Source: Candidatus Sumerlaeaceae bacterium (GTDB taxonomy: Bacteria; Sumerlaeota; Sumerlaeia; Sumerlaeales; Sumerlaeaceae). Taken from it: 64,000 nucleotides of DNA. Position 1 is the first letter of the stretch. Every line of letters begins with the position of its first letter. The position numbers and the translations under genes were made by a program. A model generated the notes under the pieces. It worked only from the letters and a program-made list of their open reading frames with translations, did no database searches and was not told the origin of the DNA. Below are positions 58,728-64,000 of this stretch, piece after piece. Location: positions 1-64,000 of the forward strand of contig JBPCLP010000005.1 in the NCBI GenBank assembly GCA_051003195.1, read 5' to 3'.

Positions 58728-60788
58728 ATGCCTTTTCGCCGGTACGCTCTCTATTCGCTGCTGCTGATGCTCTGCTGCGCCCCGGCCTATGCATTCGACA
58801 GTGAAGACAACGAATCGACCGCGCCGCTGGACTATGCCGTGGCATTTCCCACGAACCCCGTGCGGCTTCCGCAACTTCTCAGTGATGGGGCCGTCCTCCA
58901 GCGCGACCGGGAAATCCCGATCTGGGGGTGGGGTCAGGAAGGCCAGCGCGTCACCATCAGCATTGCTGGCCAATCAACCAGTGTAACGGTCGGGCTGCAG
59001 AACCTTTGGGCTACGACCATTGGGCCCCTGAGTGCAGGCGGACCGTTTAGCCTGGTAGTCAGCGACGGCCATACCACGGTCACCTCACGCCATGTTCTCA
59101 TTGGCGATGTCTGGATGTGCGGCGGCCAGAGCAGCATGGCGCAGACATTGGCAGGGGTCGCAGATCCTGAAAAAGAAATCGCCGCTGCAAACGTGCCAGC
59201 TTTACGATTGTTTCAGGTGCCGCGCACCACCGCGTTCGCACCGCAGAACGATTTTCCGCCTCCTGCGCACTGGACGCCATGCACTTCGGATACCGCGCGC
59301 GCGTTCTCGGCCATCGGCTACTTTTTCGGTCGCAGACTTCGCGAACATTACGACGTACCCGTAGGCATCATTTCCGCCACGTGGGTTAACACCACCATTC
59401 CGCTCTGGATGAGCGAGGCCGCCGCTTCGCAGGCTCCCGACTACGATTGGTGGCTGAACGCCTTGCGCAGAACAAGCACTCCGGTCGGCCGCGCACGCCT
59501 GGACGACGAGCAGCGCTGGCGCGACTGGTTAACCGAACTGCAGGACAAGGCGGACGGATCCACGGGGACGCGAGCATGGTACAGTCGCGATCTGCTCATG
59601 GGCCGCCATTGGAAAACAATGCGCCTGCCATCTCCCTGGGAAGCGCGCGGCCTACCCGATTTGGACGGCGTCGTCTGGTTCCGCAAACAGTTCGAATTGA
59701 CGGAACCCTGGACACACACCTCTCCCACCCTGAGCCTCGCACACTTTTACGATTACGGCACCGTCTGGTTTAATGGCGAACAAATCGCGGCGAGCGACGA
59801 TTGGAAGACCACCGTAGTTTGCCAGGTGCCGCCACGACTCCTGCGCACCGGACGCAACACCGTCGCAGTGCGCATATTGGATACCCACCTCTACGGCGGA
59901 ATCCATGGCACTACAGACAGCCTTGTGCTGCAAACCACCACCACCGAAGGCTTCACATCGTTGCCGCTTGCCGGGGACTGGAGATACCGCGTCGGGCTGA
60001 ATATCAAGGGAATACCCCGCCCGTGGGCCAGCACGGAGCAGTGGCCGCACCCCGGTGCCATGTATAACGGCATGATCGCTCCGCTCGTGAACCACGCCAT
60101 CCGCGGGGTTGTCTGGTACCAGGGTGAGGCCGACGATTACCAGGCGAACCGCTACCGTCATCTGCTCGCCATCCTCATCCGCGACTGGCGCAATCGCTGG
60201 AAACAGAAAGACCTGCCGTTCATCATCGCGCAGATTGCAAGCTGGCTGCCCCATGCAGACGAGCCGCAGGAAAGCAGATGGGCTGAAGTTCGCGAATCCC
60301 AATCCTACGTCGAAAATAACGTTCCCCACGTGGCTGTTGCGCCCATGTACGACCTCGGCGCAACGACTGAACCGCATTACCTGCGCAAACGCGAGGCCGC
60401 CGAACGCCTGTTCAATGCCGCCCGAAACACGGCATACGGCGAAACTGCGGTTCCGTATCGCGGCCCTGCATACAGGCCCAAGTCCATGAAGATCGTCGGC
60501 TCAAAAGTGCGCGTGAGCTTTGATACGACAACTGGCGGACTTGTTATGCACGGACAAAAACTCCGCGGCTTCCAGTTGGCAGGCGCCAACAGGAAATATT
60601 TCTGGGCGGATGCACAACTCGTCAGCACGGATACCCTTCAGCTCCATAGTGACAAGGTGCGGTATCCCGTTGCGGTCCGCTTCGGGTGGCAGAACCACCC
60701 GTGGGCAACGCTTTACAATGAGGAAGGACTTCCAGCGATGCCTTTTCGAACCGATAGATGGCCCACAAACACCGCCGGAATTCCGTGA
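58728..60788 (+). CDS. Sialate O-acetylesterase family protein (SGNH) with inserted sugar-binding domain
   Basis: Signal peptide, VLQRD, GDVWMCGGQS, FSAIGYFF, GVVWFRK, YNGMIAP, WYQGE, LYN..GLPA.PFRTD. Confidence 0.9.
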   Translation: MPFRRYALYSLLLMLCCAPAYAFDSEDNESTAPLDYAVAFPTNPVRLPQLLSDGAVLQRDREIPIWGWGQEGQRVTISIAGQSTSVTVGLQNLWATTIGPLSAGGPFSLVVSDGHTTVTSRHVLIGDVWMCGGQSSMAQTLAGVADPEKEIAAANVPALRLFQVPRTTAFAPQNDFPPPAHWTPCTSDTARAFSAIGYFFGRRLREHYDVPVGIISATWVNTTIPLWMSEAAASQAPDYDWWLNALRRTSTPVGRARLDDEQRWRDWLTELQDKADGSTGTRAWYSRDLLMGRHWKTMRLPSPWEARGLPDLDGVVWFRKQFELTEPWTHTSPTLSLAHFYDYGTVWFNGEQIAASDDWKTTVVCQVPPRLLRTGRNTVAVRILDTHLYGGIHGTTDSLVLQTTTTEGFTSLPLAGDWRYRVGLNIKGIPRPWASTEQWPHPGAMYNGMIAPLVNHAIRGVVWYQGEADDYQANRYRHLLAILIRDWRNRWKQKDLPFIIAQIASWLPHADEPQESRWAEVRESQSYVENNVPHVAVAPMYDLGATTEPHYLRKREAAERLFNAARNTAYGETAVPYRGPAYRPKSMKIVGSKVRVSFDTTTGGLVMHGQKLRGFQLAGANRKYFWADAQLVSTDTLQLHSDKVRYPVAVRFGWQNHPWATLYNEEGLPAMPFRTDRWPTNTAGIP

Positions 60789-61031
60789 TCCCTTCACCTT
60801 GAGCACGCGCTTTGCTCCGGCTATGCGTAGCACTTCGTTGCAAAACGGAAAAATCCATTGCGAAACCACCGCGCTCAGAACGCGGAACGAACGCCACTTC
60901 TCCCACGCGCCGCAACGACGCCAAGACGAAATTTCAGCCAAAGCGGATGAAAGGTTCAACAGAGCGCTCGAAGCCAGTCACTTAATCGACCGGCGGAAAT
61001 CGTCTTCGGTAATGTATGCGTTCGAAACACC

Positions 61032-62246
61032 TTGAGCGCACGCGAACCTCAACGTCGTTCTGCACCGATGAATGTGCAGGCGCTTGAACACATCTGGGGT
61101 GAAGCATGCGAATCGGAATGGGCCCGTGCAGCGCGAGAAGCGCGCGCTTCCGGCAAACCGATATTTGACCTGGTCAATGCGAGCCCGCTGGAGCACGGCC
61201 TCGAATACCCAGCCGCATTGCTGCACGAGATCTTTTCCGACGCCTCCGCGGCTTTGGGTGCCTATGCTCCCGATGCAAAAGGACAATTCGCTGCGCGCCT
61301 TGCCATAGCGCAATACCACGGTAGCGACGTTGATCCAGGCAACATCCTGCTGACGCCCGGTACCAGCCTTTCCTATTACTATGCGTTTCGTGCGCTCGCC
61401 GCCGGCGGTGAGGAAATACTGTGTCCATCTCCTTCCTATCCGCTCTTCGAAGATATCGCGACTCTTGCCGGCGTTCGCCTGCGACATTATCATCTCCAGC
61501 CGCCGATAACAGGTTGGCACTGGCACTTCGACCTGGACGATCTCCTCTTTCAGATCACACCCCAGACACGAGCCATCGTTCTCGTCTCACCGCACAATCC
61601 CACTGGGTCGGTGCACTCTGCACAAGAACTCGCCGCGATATGTCAGGCTGCGCAAAAACACAACCTGGCGCTGATTTTTGACGAGGTGTTTCGTGAATCG
61701 GTGCATCAGCCCGGCGTGACTGTAAATCGTCCCACGCAATACGATCCGCCTCTGTGCATCACCATAAATGGTCTCTCGAAAATGCTTTCACTGCCCGGCC
61801 TGAAAGCCGGGTGGATGGTCGTCGAGGGCGCGCCGGATCGAAAACAAAGTTTTTTGAACACATGCGAGTATCTTTCCGACACGCTGTTGTGCGTCAGCGA
61901 AATCACGCAGCACGTTCTCCCAAAACTGATGCACCATTTGCCCGCCATATCGACGGAATTGCGCGCAAAGCTGACGAGTCGCATGCGTGAGTTCGCCCGC
62001 GCGTGGAACGAAGCCGGCTTCTCTGTGCAGCTTCCCGAAGCTGGACCCTACTTGTGCGTGCCGATTCCCGCTGCCTGGCGCGGGCGCGACGAGGAAGCCA
62101 GCGTGCTGCTGGCCCGCGAAGGCATTCTGCTGCACGCAGGCTCGGCTTATGGCATACCCGTGCCGGCCCTAGTTACGACGTGTATTGCTTCTCCGCCGTG
62201 GCCGCTCGGTCGCATTGCCGCTGCGCTCCTCGGACCCTTCTCCTGA
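61032..62246 (+). CDS. PLP-dependent aminotransferase class I/II
   Basis: PSYPLF, SPHNPTG, DEVF, NGLSKMLSLPGLKAGW. Confidence 0.9.
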   Translation: MSAREPQRRSAPMNVQALEHIWGEACESEWARAAREARASGKPIFDLVNASPLEHGLEYPAALLHEIFSDASAALGAYAPDAKGQFAARLAIAQYHGSDVDPGNILLTPGTSLSYYYAFRALAAGGEEILCPSPSYPLFEDIATLAGVRLRHYHLQPPITGWHWHFDLDDLLFQITPQTRAIVLVSPHNPTGSVHSAQELAAICQAAQKHNLALIFDEVFRESVHQPGVTVNRPTQYDPPLCITINGLSKMLSLPGLKAGWMVVEGAPDRKQSFLNTCEYLSDTLLCVSEITQHVLPKLMHHLPAISTELRAKLTSRMREFARAWNEAGFSVQLPEAGPYLCVPIPAAWRGRDEEASVLLAREGILLHAGSAYGIPVPALVTTCIASPPWPLGRIAAALLGPFS

Positions 62247-63908
62247 TTTCTTAGCCGCCGCCGCTGCCGCTTCAACCTCAGGAGCCGTTCCGCCCACGCG
62301 AAGGTAATCCACTGCCCAGTGGGTATTCTTCGATGCGCTGTTCTTGCCCTGGCCTACGACCGTAATGGTGTGCTTGCCTGCCGCGAGGCTTCGTTTGCCG
62401 AGGGAAATAATCTCCGGCCTCACCACCTTCGAATAACCATCATACTCAGTCAGCGGCTCGCCGTCGAGCGACATAGCAACCTTTCCATAATCCGGCGCTT
62501 TGGTTACACGCAGCACCGCCTTGCCGCTTTCTGAAGCGGTCGTCTCAAACGTCAGCTCGAACGACTGATTCGCCTTTTGGTTTCTCACCCAAAGGTGATC
62601 ATCATTGAACCATTTGCGCCCCTCGACCGAGAACGACGCCAGCGTCTGGCTCTCTGCCTCGATCCCTCCCCCACTGCTATACTGCATATAGTTGAATTCA
62701 TGAATTCCGGGCGCACCCACAGGCGGCGCGAACTTTGAAATCCGCTCTGCCGCCGGCGGTAGCGTGCTCTTCAGCGGCCGCGGCGTCGCCTGGTACCAGT
62801 AGGCCACGCTGGTATAATCGTTATTCCGAACGGCACGGGTATTATCAAATCCGCTCGCCCCGTGCTCGATCTCCATCTTCAGCGACTGCTTAAACGTAAT
62901 CGGGCTTTCCAGGTGAAGCCGGTACACGTTCCAGTAGTTGTCCGAATCGTGCGTCAGCTTCGTGCGCAGCGGCAGGCCGAAGTAATGATTATAAAATGTC
63001 TCCCTGTAGCACCACGCGCCGCAAAAATAATCCTCGCTCCCGGTGCCCCACAGCGACGGCGTCGCCTCTCCATCAATCGTGAAGATATCGTCGCCTTCGC
63101 CCCACCAGCCTCCAACCTGCGTGTGAATTGACAGGCTCACCCCGGCGAAATGCCCCGCCCCGCCATCCGTATCGAGGATCAGATACGGCGTTTTATCCGG
63201 GCAGGGAAACGCCTGGTGATACTGCGCGTGGAAATACCCCACGTTTTGCGGCAGCTCGTCAAACTTCCGCCAATCCACATAATAATAATACGCATCGATC
63301 GGCGTCGCGCTTTCATTCGTGATGGTCACGCGCGCCGACTTCGCAAACGGCATTGGCCAGAACGCGTTCATCCCTTTGTCCGATCCAATCGCCTGAACTG
63401 GATTGTTAAAGATGTAATACTTCGCGTGCCCTAATCCGTAAAAGTCGCCGATGGGGCTCTCGACAGAGGGATAATCATTTCCGTCCCAGTAGATGCGGAT
63501 CACGGTGTCGCGCAGGTGGTTCTCGTTGGCAGAAGCAATCGTCGTCCATAGGTGCGTAATCTCGCCCGGCCCCTGCAGCTCGGCTGCGGTAAACGTTGCC
63601 CCTGGCTCGATCCGCCGCATATCGGCGTTGCCCTTGCGGTCATCACTGGCCACCCGCATCGAACGGTAATTGCGCAACGCGGCAAGGCTTGTTGGCAACC
63701 CTGTCAACGGGTTGCGGCTGTCGTTTGCCTTCACCTCCGTCGTCACCGGCTCGACTGCAGCAGAACTCGCCGTGGTGTTCTCGGCGTTAGTTGCCGGAGC
63801 TGAAGTCTCGACAGCCGCTACCTCGGTCGCGGAAGTCTCTTCCGCGTAACCTGGCAAACTCAGCGCAACACCACCAGCGAGCGCGATCACAAATCCAAAA
63901 CGGGTCAT
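62169..63908 (-). CDS. Secreted DUF2961 / GH172-family glycoside hydrolase with C-terminal beta-sandwich
   Basis: Signal peptide, GPGEITHLW, IYWDG..PSVESPIGDF, PMPF, WWGEGD, GTGSEDYF, IEHG, SVAYWYQ; GGAGG SD before ATG 63908. Confidence 0.9.
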   Translation of the reverse strand: MTRFGFVIALAGGVALSLPGYAEETSATEVAAVETSAPATNAENTTASSAAVEPVTTEVKANDSRNPLTGLPTSLAALRNYRSMRVASDDRKGNADMRRIEPGATFTAAELQGPGEITHLWTTIASANENHLRDTVIRIYWDGNDYPSVESPIGDFYGLGHAKYYIFNNPVQAIGSDKGMNAFWPMPFAKSARVTITNESATPIDAYYYYVDWRKFDELPQNVGYFHAQYHQAFPCPDKTPYLILDTDGGAGHFAGVSLSIHTQVGGWWGEGDDIFTIDGEATPSLWGTGSEDYFCGAWCYRETFYNHYFGLPLRTKLTHDSDNYWNVYRLHLESPITFKQSLKMEIEHGASGFDNTRAVRNNDYTSVAYWYQATPRPLKSTLPPAAERISKFAPPVGAPGIHEFNYMQYSSGGGIEAESQTLASFSVEGRKWFNDDHLWVRNQKANQSFELTFETTASESGKAVLRVTKAPDYGKVAMSLDGEPLTEYDGYSKVVRPEIISLGKRSLAAGKHTITVVGQGKNSASKNTHWAVDYLRVGGTAPEVEAAAAAAKKSGEGSEERSGNATERPRRRSNTRRN

Positions 63909-64000
63909 GAGAGTTCCTCCAAAAAAGTCTGGCACGACAGGGACTGCCGACAGCGGGTCCAGCACCGAAAGCGCGGTAGTCAGGGAAACTCCACATCGCC

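Noticed and set aside
57906..58973. 355-aa minus-strand ORF
   Set aside because: Antisense to msrB and the esterase gene, both of which have clear motifs.
60789..61031. Intergenic tract with faint periodic repeats
   Set aside because: Too degenerate to link confidently to the 48321-48507 repeat family.

Overview
Gene-dense bacterial chromosomal window, mostly core or housekeeping genes: ABC-F ATPase, rpe, thiD, pabB-like, smpB, tilS, an XPB helicase pair, cymR-cysK, uvrA, nadB, ftsH, msrB, tRNA-Leu(CAA) and tRNA-Gln(CTG). These are mixed with many signalling proteins (two Hanks-type Ser/Thr kinases, an FHA-GAF histidine kinase, a PAS kinase/NtrC pair, several TPR proteins) and secreted carbohydrate-active proteins. 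The style suggests a diderm polysaccharide degrader, possibly Sumerlaeota/BRC1; this is inference only. The window opens in the 3' end of an IS30-family element. No CRISPR array, rRNA or prophage is visible. Most notable observations: (i) two tandem small secreted Tyr/Gly-rich proteins with a shared C-terminal motif, behind a sigma-54 promoter and next to a double-cohesin protein; (ii) a secreted protein ending in a candidate C-terminal sorting motif (DEWQLYD); (iii) a dedicated membrane-TPR / J-TPR / Hsp70 operon inside a TPR/kinase cluster; (iv) a hicA toxin reduced to 64 nt by internal deletion, beside two orphan antitoxin-like genes; (v) 9-bp-periodic inverted repeats; (vi) a multi-hairpin non-coding tract behind tRNA-Gln. 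All calls come from reading motifs by eye; no searches were run.
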